From sequence record KJ019103.1: a stretch of DNA of 64,000 nucleotides. One strand, given 5' to 3'. Under the pieces are notes generated by a model, which did not search any database, had not been told where the DNA came from, and worked only from the letters and a program-made list of their open reading frames with translations. Both the position numbers and the translations under genes were made by a program. How positions within the stretch are numbered: the stretch's first letter is position 1; every line of letters starts with the position of its first letter. Shown here in pieces: positions 9,908 through 19,733 of the stretch.

Positions 9908-11257
9908 ATGTCTAAGAGACCAGCAATATATAGAAAAGTCTCAGTAGTTACTAAAGATGGTTTTAGGGCAGATATTCGTCTTGCTTGTGTGTCAATTGAC
10001 TTCTTTCAGGATATAATGTCACCTGCACTAACGGCAAAGATTATTATTGCCAATACTATGACTAATATTGAGGATGATCAGGGTGCCACCGTATCTCTCT
10101 ATGAAGGATTGAAGTTGCGCGGTGGTGAGGCAGTTGAGATTGAAATAGAAGCAAATAGTGAAGATAACTTACCTATTGAATTTAATAATCCTGCGTTGTA
10201 TGTCAGTGGTGTATCTGAAATGAGTAGGAAGTCACTCAAACAGTTCTTCACTATCAACTTATACACCAAGGAGGCATATGATAATGAGACTAAGTTCCTA
10301 GAGAAAGCATATCCAAAAGAATCTAGAGTGAGTGATCATGTTAGTACTATAGTTTCTGAGTCTTTTCCTACAACTACTCTCAATAAGGTAGATACTACCT
10401 CAAATACTTATGGTTTTTTGGGTAATCAACTCAAGCCATTCTATGCTCTTATCAGGTTAGCAAGTAAAGCAGTTCCTGAAGGTGCTGGTAGTGGTGGAAA
10501 TAGTGCGACAGCTGGTTTCTTCTTCTACCAATCTATGAGTGGATTTAACTTTAGATCCATTGATAAAATGATGGGGGAAGAACCAAAGGCACAATATACT
10601 TACACTGAAGTTAGTTCATCTGAAGAGACTGGAGATTTTGAAGCTACCCCAGAACTACCTTCTAATAGGTTTAAGATTGAGAAGTTTCACGTCACTAAAA
10701 ACCAGAACCTCTTGAAGAACCTTAGTCAAGGTGTATACGCCTCTGCTAAGAAGTTCTTTAACCCTGTAGATTTTACAGTCACCCCACCACAAGAGTTCTT
10801 CAGTGGTGATAAGTACATCAGGGGTGTTAGTAACTTGGGTCAGGCTTTTGATCCACAAGACATCAGCTTAGTGGGTGATTCTTTGAGTTTCACTAATGTA
10901 CCATCTAGGATTCTTAATGAGGTATATGATATTGGAACTGTTGAGAAAGAAGTGAATCAGGAACCCACACAAAACCCTGATGAGTTTCTAGCACAGAGAA
11001 AGATGAGGTATAATACATTATTCACTCAAGATGTTTATATTCAAGTTAGTGTTAATACTAATCTTGAGGCTGGTGATCTTGTTAAATGTCTATTCCCTAA
11101 AACTCAAGAGTGTCCTACTGATGATATAGATCAGGATCAGTTAAGTGGTCTATATATGATTAAGGAAATTAGACATCACTTTGATACTAGGGGTTCTTAT
11201 TCATCTATGAGACTACTTCGTGACACCTTTGGTTTATATGGAGTGAATAACAAATGA
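9908..11257 (+). CDS. baseplate hub protein (gp27-like)
   Basis: precedes gp5; GFFFYQ..SGFNFRSID and C-terminal GLYMIKEIRHHF hub-family motif. Confidence 0.6.
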   Translation: MSKRPAIYRKVSVVTKDGFRADIRLACVSIDFFQDIMSPALTAKIIIANTMTNIEDDQGATVSLYEGLKLRGGEAVEIEIEANSEDNLPIEFNNPALYVSGVSEMSRKSLKQFFTINLYTKEAYDNETKFLEKAYPKESRVSDHVSTIVSESFPTTTLNKVDTTSNTYGFLGNQLKPFYALIRLASKAVPEGAGSGGNSATAGFFFYQSMSGFNFRSIDKMMGEEPKAQYTYTEVSSSEETGDFEATPELPSNRFKIEKFHVTKNQNLLKNLSQGVYASAKKFFNPVDFTVTPPQEFFSGDKYIRGVSNLGQAFDPQDISLVGDSLSFTNVPSRILNEVYDIGTVEKEVNQEPTQNPDEFLAQRKMRYNTLFTQDVYIQVSVNTNLEAGDLVKCLFPKTQECPTDDIDQDQLSGLYMIKEIRHHFDTRGSYSSMRLLRDTFGLYGVNNK

Positions 11258-13311
11258 CAATTAAACTTGGTAGAATCGCTGACATTGAACCACAAAAGGA
11301 ACAGGTCGATGGTGGTGGATGGGCGTGGAGATATAAAGTACGCATCCTAGACAAACACTCACAGGATAAGAATGTTCTTCCTGATGAGGATCTACCGTGG
11401 GCACAGGTTATTATGCCTGTCACGGCAGGTTCTGGTGCTGCTAACTATGCAGTATCGCCTATGATTAACCAGGGTGACACTGTAAGAATTGAGTATTATG
11501 ATCTAGACGAACAACAACCAGTTATTACAGGTATCCTCCCTAGAACTAAAAAGGTTTCTACAGGTCCAGTGGGTGAGAACAATGGATATCTACCACACAC
11601 TGGTTATACAGAGAGGAGAGAACCGAACTCCAAACAGGTAAAGGATGAGTCACACGAATCTAATAAGGAAAGCCAAGTATCTACAAGATCTGATAGGTTC
11701 TCCAGTGTCATTGGTGATACTACAGTTCTAGCGGATAGTTGTGATCCTAATGCTTATAAGATTAACGCAGTAACTTCTGCTATCACTAATCTATTCAACC
11801 AGATTAATAACTTTGCTAATCAAGCGTCATACATTGAGACTATTACTCAAGCAACTATTGATAGGATTCATGCTATTGTTAATCCATATGTAGGACAAAT
11901 CTTCAATGGATTATTTGAGGGATTGGTTCCTATTCTCAACCAGGGTTTGGCTGCATTATACAAGAAAATATTCGCTCAAGTATTGGCTGCCACTAATGGT
12001 AATGTAATTGCTGCCACTGCTGCCGCAGAAGCAGCACTCATCGCACTTATGCCAGCTATTATGGCACTACAGGAAGCCATTCAGATGTTGGCATCTCTAA
12101 CAGTTGAGCAAATGTTAGACGAGATTGATTCCCTAGTTAGGGATGCAGTTGATAATAATGATGACTTCTCCCGTTGTGCGGCAGAAGACTTCGCTTCTGC
12201 TATGATCAACGATATTGTTGATAAGACTGATAATGGTATGCAACCACTACTAAACGCAGTCACTATTATTCTAGCACTCGCAAGTGTTGGTAGTGGATTC
12301 ACCGCTGGTACTGCTATTCGTAGTACTTTGGATGTTCTAAAAGATCTCACATCTGCTCTACTTGCACCAGGTCAAAGTGGTGGTGGTAATTGTGGTGGAA
12401 TCACAAAGGAATATGCATTTGGTATAGGTCCTGTGAAGGATGTGGGTGATGTTATGGATGCTCTTCTAGAGTCAGCAAACATAGCAAAGTCACTAGTAGA
12501 TGAGGCAAAGAAAACACAACAGGAAGTTGATGGTCTCCTAGACACATTTGGTGACTTCCCATTTATGAGTTCCACTACAAATATTATATCTAATCTAGAC
12601 AAGTGTTCCACACTAGAACCTACTACTTGTTTTGGTCCTGAAGTTGTATTATTTGGTGGTAGAGGTGATGGTGCTAAAGCTCGTGCTATTATTGGCAACA
12701 CAAAATCAAAATCAGATGATAGAATTGCTGGCAATGCACAGGGTGGCATTGTTGCTATTGAAGTTCTGGATGGTGGTTCAGGTTATGAGTACCCACCATA
12801 TGTGGATATCAGAGACAATTGTGGTCTAGGTATTGGTGGTGTTGGTAGAGCAGTCCTAAAGGGTGATAAGGTAGATAAAATCTATATGGTGAATATTGGT
12901 GAAGACTATCCTGGAGATGCACCTGGGGACTTTATTGTTGATACTATTATCATCGTTGATGGTGGCATAGGATATGAACCAGGTATTACTCCTGGAGGTG
13001 AATATGAAGTTATTACTGACCCAGATGGAACAGTAATTGATATTATTCCTACCAACCCAGTACCAATTCCTGGTCCTCCAACTATAAATATACCAGATGT
13101 ATCTCCACCTATTCCACCAGGAGGTAATATCATTGATGGTAATGTTGTAGATGAGAATGGTAAAGTAATAGCACCCGCTAAGATTGGTACTGGTTTAGTG
13201 TTCTATCCAGTTATCAAACAGATACCCCCACTTAAGGACCTCCTTGAGGGTAATGTTCCTGGATTTACACCGGAAGAAGTTGTATTCATTATTGATTGTA
13301 TTCAGAGTTAG
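11254..13311 (+). CDS. gp5: baseplate hub/spike gp5, N-terminal part
   Basis: OB-fold motif WRYKVRI...DEDLPWAQVIMPVTAGSG. Confidence 0.8.
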   Translation: MTIKLGRIADIEPQKEQVDGGGWAWRYKVRILDKHSQDKNVLPDEDLPWAQVIMPVTAGSGAANYAVSPMINQGDTVRIEYYDLDEQQPVITGILPRTKKVSTGPVGENNGYLPHTGYTERREPNSKQVKDESHESNKESQVSTRSDRFSSVIGDTTVLADSCDPNAYKINAVTSAITNLFNQINNFANQASYIETITQATIDRIHAIVNPYVGQIFNGLFEGLVPILNQGLAALYKKIFAQVLAATNGNVIAATAAAEAALIALMPAIMALQEAIQMLASLTVEQMLDEIDSLVRDAVDNNDDFSRCAAEDFASAMINDIVDKTDNGMQPLLNAVTIILALASVGSGFTAGTAIRSTLDVLKDLTSALLAPGQSGGGNCGGITKEYAFGIGPVKDVGDVMDALLESANIAKSLVDEAKKTQQEVDGLLDTFGDFPFMSSTTNIISNLDKCSTLEPTTCFGPEVVLFGGRGDGAKARAIIGNTKSKSDDRIAGNAQGGIVAIEVLDGGSGYEYPPYVDIRDNCGLGIGGVGRAVLKGDKVDKIYMVNIGEDYPGDAPGDFIVDTIIIVDGGIGYEPGITPGGEYEVITDPDGTVIDIIPTNPVPIPGPPTINIPDVSPPIPPGGNIIDGNVVDENGKVIAPAKIGTGLVFYPVIKQIPPLKDLLEGNVPGFTPEEVVFIIDCIQS

Positions 13312-13313
13312 AC

Positions 13314-14003
13314 ATGGCAGAACAAAATTGGGAAAGAAGAATACTCCAGAGTTTTGGTGCTAACTTTCGACTAGATGTTAGTAACCCACAGAAGACTGTT
13401 GGTGGTGAAGATGTATATAACTTCTACTCTGTTACAGATGAGGAGAAAGTATGTCTAATGGGACAACAACAGGATGGTCTCTGGCGCCTCTACAATGATG
13501 ATAAGGTAGAGATTGTAGGTGGTGCCAAAGTTGTTGAGGATGGTGTATGTGTAACTATTGTTGGTAAGAACGGTGATGTAGTTATTAACGCTGACAACAA
13601 TGGGAGGGTTAGAATCCGTGGGCAGAATATCAACCTCCAGGCAGATGAGGATGTTAATATCACTGCGGGTAGGAATGTTAATATCAAATCTGGTTCTGGT
13701 AGAACTCTCCTTGCGGGCAATACCCTGGAGAAAGACGCACTCAAAGGTAATCTATTAGACCCAGAGAAACAATGGGCATGGAGAGTATTTGAAGGAACTG
13801 GACTACCTGCTGGTATGTTCCCACAACTCATGTCACCCTTCAGTGGTATTACAGACCTAGCGGGATCTATTGTTGGTGGAGTTGGGTTCGGTGATGCAAT
13901 CAGTGGGGCTGTGAGTAGTGCAGTCAGTGGGGCAGTCAGTGGTGCTGTTGGTGGTGTCGCCGGTGATATTGCTGGTGACGCAATTGGTGGTATTATACCC
14001 TGA
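13314..14003 (+). CDS. gp5 C-terminal-like beta-helix spike protein
   Basis: beta-helical repeats (GDVVINA, GRVRIRGQNINLQADEDVNITAGRNVNIKSG); likely start MAEQNW. Confidence 0.6.
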   Translation: MAEQNWERRILQSFGANFRLDVSNPQKTVGGEDVYNFYSVTDEEKVCLMGQQQDGLWRLYNDDKVEIVGGAKVVEDGVCVTIVGKNGDVVINADNNGRVRIRGQNINLQADEDVNITAGRNVNIKSGSGRTLLAGNTLEKDALKGNLLDPEKQWAWRVFEGTGLPAGMFPQLMSPFSGITDLAGSIVGGVGFGDAISGAVSSAVSGAVSGAVGGVAGDIAGDAIGGIIP

Positions 14004-14009
14004 TAAATA
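14003..14009 (+). promoter_or_regulatory. late promoter
   Basis: ATAAATA upstream of the collagen-like gene. Confidence 0.7.
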
Positions 14010-14041
14010 TAAGAAGCACCTATAACTAGCACCTATTAGTA

Positions 14042-16831
14042 ATGGCAAGCATTCAATTCCCAGCAAATCCGAAAGTTGGTGATACTTACTACGACGTAGA
14101 TACAAATATAACTTACACCTGGGAGGGTGAATACTGGTTTGCAACAGGACCAGGCACAGGTATTGGTGCCACTGGAGCAACTGGAGCACAAGGAAATCAA
14201 GGTTCTAGTGGTGAAAAGGGTGAGCCAGGAACTCGCGGAATTAAAGGAGATACTGGATCTACTGGTTCTACCGGTCCCACAGGTCCTGGTGGTTTTATTG
14301 GATTAACAGGTGCAACTGGTCCTCAAGGTTCTCCCGGTGGTGCTACCGGTGCTACAGGTAATATTGGTCCTTTAGGAACTACTGGTGCAACTGGTCCTGA
14401 TGGTGCTAGTGGTGCTACAGGTATTCAGGGTCCTATTGGTACTCCAGGTGGTGCAACTGGCGCTACTGGTTTAGCTGGTCCTCCAGGAAATGTTGGTGCT
14501 ACTGGTCCTCTCGGTCCTAATGGTACTCCAGGTGGTGCTACTGGTCCTCTTGGTCCTGTTGGTTCTACTGGAGCCACTGGTGCTGGTGCTACTGGCTCTG
14601 ATGGTGCTACTGGTTCTACAGGTATTCAGGGACTACAAGGTTCCCCAGGTGGTGCAACTGGTGCTACTGGTATTGATGGTTTACTAGGTCCTATTGGTGC
14701 CACAGGTACTACAGGAGCTACCGGTGTTGATGGTCCTATTGGTGCCACAGGTACTACAGGTGCCACAGGTGAGACAGGTGATACAGGTTCAACCGGTGCT
14801 GCTGGTCCTACCGGTATTCCTGGAGCCACTGGATTTACTGGTCCCGAAGGTGCTACGGGTTCCAAAGGTGATGAAGGTTCTACAGGTAGTACAGGTCCTC
14901 AAGGTTCTCCAGGTGGTGCCACTGGTGCTACTGGTGTTGATGGTCCTGTAGGTTCTACAGGTGCCACAGCTGCTACTGGTGCAACTGGTCCTGACGGTCC
15001 TACTGGTCCCGCAGGTCCTACAGGTTTATTAGGTGCCACTGGTGCTACTGGTGATGATGGTTCTACCGGAGCCACTGGTGCTACTGGTTTTGGTGCTACT
15101 GGTGCTGATGGTGCTACTGGTTCTACAGGTTCTACAGGTCCTGATGGTCCTCTTGGTTCTACTGGTGCCACTGGTATTGCAGGTGGTGTGAGTCATGTAT
15201 GGTCACCAGATGTTTCTATCCTAACTGCCAACAACTCTTTCCTATTCACCCATGATGTAGACGAAGATATTAAGATCCTAAAGATCTCCAAGTTTAGTTC
15301 AACATTCACCAATGAGGAGGCACTACTTAATAGTTTTGCAATCGGTGATTCACTTAGACTAACATCAGGTCCAGCAACATTCCAATATACTGTTAGAGCC
15401 AATGGTGGACTCACAGTATCATCTGGTGTTGACGTGTTTATGTTACTCGTCAGTGATGGTTTCTTAGCATCTGGTAGTGGAACACTCAATGGTTCAACAG
15501 TTGTTCTTCAACGTCCCACATCATCCACCTTCGCTACATTTAACTTCGGTGTATCCACTATCAACTGGCCTACTACTGATGGTGATGTAACTATTGACTA
15601 TCCATTCCTAGTAAACAATGGTCCTAGGTATGTTGCATTCAATCAGAAGGATCTACTAGGTAGGGATGATGAGCAGTTCTTCTTTGAACCTTTAGTATCT
15701 ACAGACCTAAACTCATTCCAGTTCCAGGTTAAGACTACTAACTTCTTCAAATCAGAAATTGAAGGTGGTTACTACTATAGTGATATTGATGCCTATGTGT
15801 ATCTAACTGATATCACCGAACTATATTCAGATCCAAGTAATCCAGTAACCAGTGTGGGTTCACCTTGGAATGTTCAGGTTGTAGGTATTGCCTCCGCCAT
15901 TCCTGGTGTTGCTGGTTCTCCAGGTGGTGCAACCGGTGCTACTGGTCCTGCAGGTCCTCCAAGTGGTGCAACTGGTGCTACAGGTGATCTTGGTCCTATT
16001 GGTCCCGGTGGTCCTACTGGTCCCGTTGGTGTTAACGGATCCCCAGGTTCACCCGGTGGTGCCACTGGTGCCACTGGCGCTGATGGTGCTAGTGGTGCTA
16101 CAGGTTCTACAGGTGCCACAGGTGCATTCGTCACTGGTAGTAATCTTGTAGCTGGTATTGTTACAGCCACCACATTTGATGGTGATGCCACATCAGCTGA
16201 TAAGATTAAGACTAACCGATCCACCAGTGCGGCTGTTAACTATCTAACTTTCGTTGCTGATGATAACTCTGGTGGTGCTGTTAGTGAAACCCTCAAGACC
16301 AACTTGAATGTAAGTTTCATTCCTTCTTCTGGTGATTTTATCGCTAGTAGGATTACAGCAAGTAACAACTTCTACCTAGGTGGTACTGAGGTCAATTCTT
16401 CAGCATCTGAACTAAATGTGTTGGTTGGTGTTACTGACTTCTTAGATGAAGATAATATGGCATCCGATAGTCCTACGGCTATCCCATCACAACAATCAGT
16501 TAAGAGGTATGTTGACGCTAACGCTTTCTCTGGTATTACTACAGTTAGTATCCTAGTGGGCGCTGGTTCTAGTGATGTATACTTCGCAAGTTCTATTGTT
16601 CCAACTACCAATGAGTCCATTGACTTGGGTAGTATTGACTATAAGTTCAGAGACCTCTACCTATCAGACACAACCATATATACTAACACTGGTGAACTTA
16701 GTGTAGGTTTGAATACCACAGCACCAACCGCAAAGGTTGTTCTTGGTCCAGCACTACAAACAATTGTTCAACAGTCCACTGATTTTGATGACTTTAAGAT
16801 CAGAATCGCAGCACAAAGTTGGGGTGGCTAA
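14042..16831 (+). CDS. collagen-like (Gly-X-Y) virion fibre protein
   Basis: two Gly-X-Y blocks rich in GAT/GST/GPT; N-terminal [19 protein letters not shown] fibre motif. Confidence 0.8.
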   Translation: MASIQFPANPKVGDTYYDVDTNITYTWEGEYWFATGPGTGIGATGATGAQGNQGSSGEKGEPGTRGIKGDTGSTGSTGPTGPGGFIGLTGATGPQGSPGGATGATGNIGPLGTTGATGPDGASGATGIQGPIGTPGGATGATGLAGPPGNVGATGPLGPNGTPGGATGPLGPVGSTGATGAGATGSDGATGSTGIQGLQGSPGGATGATGIDGLLGPIGATGTTGATGVDGPIGATGTTGATGETGDTGSTGAAGPTGIPGATGFTGPEGATGSKGDEGSTGSTGPQGSPGGATGATGVDGPVGSTGATAATGATGPDGPTGPAGPTGLLGATGATGDDGSTGATGATGFGATGADGATGSTGSTGPDGPLGSTGATGIAGGVSHVWSPDVSILTANNSFLFTHDVDEDIKILKISKFSSTFTNEEALLNSFAIGDSLRLTSGPATFQYTVRANGGLTVSSGVDVFMLLVSDGFLASGSGTLNGSTVVLQRPTSSTFATFNFGVSTINWPTTDGDVTIDYPFLVNNGPRYVAFNQKDLLGRDDEQFFFEPLVSTDLNSFQFQVKTTNFFKSEIEGGYYYSDIDAYVYLTDITELYSDPSNPVTSVGSPWNVQVVGIASAIPGVAGSPGGATGATGPAGPPSGATGATGDLGPIGPGGPTGPVGVNGSPGSPGGATGATGADGASGATGSTGATGAFVTGSNLVAGIVTATTFDGDATSADKIKTNRSTSAAVNYLTFVADDNSGGAVSETLKTNLNVSFIPSSGDFIASRITASNNFYLGGTEVNSSASELNVLVGVTDFLDEDNMASDSPTAIPSQQSVKRYVDANAFSGITTVSILVGAGSSDVYFASSIVPTTNESIDLGSIDYKFRDLYLSDTTIYTNTGELSVGLNTTAPTAKVVLGPALQTIVQQSTDFDDFKIRIAAQSWGG
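14156..15183 (+). repeat. collagen-like coding repeat block 1
   Basis: GGT-GCT-ACT-type 9-nt periodicity, interrupted by G(S/T)PGG units. Confidence 0.9.
15900..16130 (+). repeat. collagen-like coding repeat block 2
   Basis: same GATGATG / GSPGG units. Confidence 0.85.
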
Positions 16832-16834
16832 TTA

Positions 16835-17257
16835 ATGGGTTATCGTAATGAGAAAGCTCCCCACACTGGGAGCTTATTGGTAGGAACTGGAGGTAGAGTT
16901 ACTTTTACTGGTAGATCCTCTGGTGATATGAATAAGATTGCCACTTGGGGTGAAGAAGGGGGACAAATAGAATCCACCAACTTTTCTGATCTTCTGGCAC
17001 TATACGAGGAGTCTTTCGCGGTATCTATTGTCAGTGAAGATGAACCTTCGCTAAGACCTTTGGGTGAAGACCTAAAACTAGGAGATCTGTGGTATAGTAC
17101 GTCAGAACGGAGACAGTATGTTTTTACAAATGGAATTGATGACCTTCCAGTCACCTTTAGAGGCTGGACACCTGTTATTTCAGGACTTAGTACGATTGCT
17201 AACGGATTTATTGTATCCAATGGTATCATTGTTGGTGTGGCAGCAACAACTCCATAG
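16835..17257 (+). CDS. hypothetical fibre-associated protein
   Basis: GDLWYS motif seen in fibre proteins; follows the collagen gene directly. Confidence 0.55.
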   Translation: MGYRNEKAPHTGSLLVGTGGRVTFTGRSSGDMNKIATWGEEGGQIESTNFSDLLALYEESFAVSIVSEDEPSLRPLGEDLKLGDLWYSTSERRQYVFTNGIDDLPVTFRGWTPVISGLSTIANGFIVSNGIIVGVAATTP

Positions 17258-17292
17258 TATGGTATAATGGTGGGTAAGTATCTTATACCCAC

Positions 17293-17856
17293 ATGAGCCA
17301 CGAGCACGAAGATTACGAATTTGAAAAAGATTATTGGGGTGATTGTTGTAATACCTTCGATGAGGATCAGAAACACTATGTGTATGCCCGTCTAATGGGA
17401 TTAGAACAGGCACACTATAGTTTTCGTTTGCCTGGTATTTCTGTAATTGATATTGGTGGCGGTCCTTCTTCGATGTTATTGAAGACTGAAGGACTTACTA
17501 GAGGTTTGGTTGTAGATCCTATTTCATATCCTCAATGGACTAAAGATAGGTATTCAGTAAAGAATATTGAAGTCCATGTAGATGTTGGTGAGAATGTAAC
17601 AGAGACAGGATATGATGAGGTGTGGATATACAATTGTATGCAACACGCTATTGATCCAGAGAAGATTATTGCTAACGCAAGGGAAGCAGCACCAGTCCTA
17701 AGATTGTTTGAGTGGATTGATATTCCAGCACACGATGGTCACCCCCACGAACTAACAGAGCAATCACTAAATAAGTGGATTGGTCAAACCGGTAGTGTTA
17801 CATCTCTAGCAGAGAGTGGTTGCTATGGTAAAGCATATTATGGAGTATTTGAGTGA
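17293..17856 (+). CDS. class I SAM-dependent methyltransferase-like protein
   Basis: VIDIGGGP motif I; YDEVWIYNCMQH; TGGTATAAT extended -10 at 17260-17268. Confidence 0.65.
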   Translation: MSHEHEDYEFEKDYWGDCCNTFDEDQKHYVYARLMGLEQAHYSFRLPGISVIDIGGGPSSMLLKTEGLTRGLVVDPISYPQWTKDRYSVKNIEVHVDVGENVTETGYDEVWIYNCMQHAIDPEKIIANAREAAPVLRLFEWIDIPAHDGHPHELTEQSLNKWIGQTGSVTSLAESGCYGKAYYGVFE

Positions 17857-18944
17857 GTAATAAGTTTCGATTTCATATTCTCGGACTCCCCCATACTGTT
17901 ACGCATCCAGACTTCTCCGCATGTGCGTACACATCTAAAGTCTTAAAGTTCGGTAAGATGATGAAGGCACGTGGGCATGAAATCATTCACTATGGACACG
18001 AAGATAGTGAGTTGGTTTGTGATGAACATGTTACAGTAACTACCAACAAAGACTTAGAGATTGCTTATGGTGATTATGACTGGAGAAAGAACTTCTTCAA
18101 GTTCAATACATCGGACCACGCATATCAAACCTTCTACAAGAATGCTATTGAAGAAGTAGGTAAGCGCAAACAGAAGAATGATTTCATCCTACCTTTCTGG
18201 GGTAGTGGTACTCGTCCAGTATGTGATGCACACCCGGACATGATTTGTGTGGAACCCGGTATTGGTTATGCTGGTGGTCATTGGTCTCAGTGGAAAGTAT
18301 TCGAGAGTTATGCCATTCTCCATGCATACTGTAACCTAACATCAGTAGGAACCTGCAAACAGAGTTGGTATGAGGTTGTAATCCCTAACTATTTTGATTT
18401 AGATGACTTCACTTACGCCCCAGAAACTAAAGAAGACTATTTTCTATTCTTGGGGCGTGTATATAGCGGTAAGGGCATTGATATTGCTGTACAGGTTACT
18501 GAACACATAGGTGCTAAACTAAAAGTAGCAGGACAGAACCCAGAGAATAGAACTTTCCCACCACATGTGGAGTTTGTTGGATATGCTGATATTGAGATGA
18601 GACGGGAGTTGATGTCTAAAGCAAAGGCATCCTTTGTTGCATCACAATACCTAGAACCTTTCGGTGGTGTTCAGGTGGAGAACTTATTATCAGGAACTCC
18701 TACTATCACTACAGACTGGGGTGCTTTCGTTGAGAACAACCCAGACGGACTAACTGGTTTCCGTTGTCGTACATTCGGTGACTTTGTTGATGCCGCTAAT
18801 AACATTGACCAGATATCTCCTGCAGTATGTCGCACTTTCGGTGAGCAGTTTGCACTGGAGAATATTGCTCCCAAGTACGAGAAGTATTTCCAGGATGTTC
18901 TCAATGTATATACTGGAAAGGGATGGTATGAACTAAATGAATGA
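17853..18944 (+). CDS. GT-B glycosyltransferase (GT4-like)
   Basis: FLFLGRVYSGKG, EPFGGVQVENLLSGTPTITTDWGAFVE. Confidence 0.9.
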   Translation: MSNKFRFHILGLPHTVTHPDFSACAYTSKVLKFGKMMKARGHEIIHYGHEDSELVCDEHVTVTTNKDLEIAYGDYDWRKNFFKFNTSDHAYQTFYKNAIEEVGKRKQKNDFILPFWGSGTRPVCDAHPDMICVEPGIGYAGGHWSQWKVFESYAILHAYCNLTSVGTCKQSWYEVVIPNYFDLDDFTYAPETKEDYFLFLGRVYSGKGIDIAVQVTEHIGAKLKVAGQNPENRTFPPHVEFVGYADIEMRRELMSKAKASFVASQYLEPFGGVQVENLLSGTPTITTDWGAFVENNPDGLTGFRCRTFGDFVDAANNIDQISPAVCRTFGEQFALENIAPKYEKYFQDVLNVYTGKGWYELNE

Positions 18945-19530
18945 ACTAATACAAACGATTGATTGTATTACTCAAACTGAAATCAATACAATCAAAGAAT
19001 ATGTCCAAGATGATTGGTGGCAACCTACTACTATCTTTGGAATGTCTGGTTGTGAAATTAATACAGATGTTAGATCCAATGATAGAATATCTCTCCATGA
19101 TGATAGTATTGCCGCTCAGATTATTCATACGGGTATGAATAAGGCACTCCTTGAGTATAGAACACAACTCTATAATGTTGATCCATACTTCAACAATTAC
19201 CCAGTTCCAGGATCATATAGGACTAATTGTCATAGGGAAGGTATTCAACTCCTTAGATATAAAGAAGGACAACACTACAACTGGCATCACGATACTGCAG
19301 CAGATCGTGCAGTAAATGAGTATCACAGAACGATCTCTATTGTGTTATACTTATCAGATGACTTTGAGGGTGGTAGAACAGTCTTCCCTCACAGAGCATA
19401 CAAACCAAAAGCAGGTCAGGCACTAATTTTTCCCTCTAACTGGTGTTTCCCACATAAGTGTGAACCAATCACAAAGGGTGTGAAGTTAGCATCTGTTTCC
19501 TGGTACTATTCACATTATAACTATGACTGA
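18937..19530 (+). CDS. 2OG-Fe(II) oxygenase (prolyl-4-hydroxylase-like)
   Basis: YKEGQHYNWHHD (HxD), LYLSDDFEGG, FPHKCEPITKG. Confidence 0.9.
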   Translation: MNELIQTIDCITQTEINTIKEYVQDDWWQPTTIFGMSGCEINTDVRSNDRISLHDDSIAAQIIHTGMNKALLEYRTQLYNVDPYFNNYPVPGSYRTNCHREGIQLLRYKEGQHYNWHHDTAADRAVNEYHRTISIVLYLSDDFEGGRTVFPHRAYKPKAGQALIFPSNWCFPHKCEPITKGVKLASVSWYYSHYNYD

Positions 19531-19699
19531 AAATAAGACTACACCACAAACAGTAGAAGAAGCAACTCATGCTGCTTTCACTGGAAAGATGAACATGATC
19601 AAGTGTGCAGAACACTGTGGGATGACGATAAAACAGTTTAAATTAACCTTCCGTGAGTATCTAAAATACCACCCAATAGACGAAAATTATCCTATCTAA
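19523..19699 (+). CDS. small putative helix-turn-helix protein (missing from ORF track)
   Basis: own translation MTENKTTPQTVEEATHAAFTGKMNMIKCAEHCGMTIKQFKLTFREYLKYHP... Confidence 0.6.
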   Translation: MTENKTTPQTVEEATHAAFTGKMNMIKCAEHCGMTIKQFKLTFREYLKYHPIDENYPI

Positions 19700-19702
19700 A
19701 TA
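19697..19702 (+). promoter_or_regulatory. late promoter
   Basis: TAAATA upstream of the 1955-aa gene. Confidence 0.65.
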
Positions 19703-19733
19703 TATGTAAGCAAGTATATGATGGTACGGAACA

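Noticed and set aside
14490-16224. Alternative-frame and antisense ORFs over the collagen gene
   Set aside because: Shadows of the 9-nt repeat (VLLVL and PVAPV low-complexity products).
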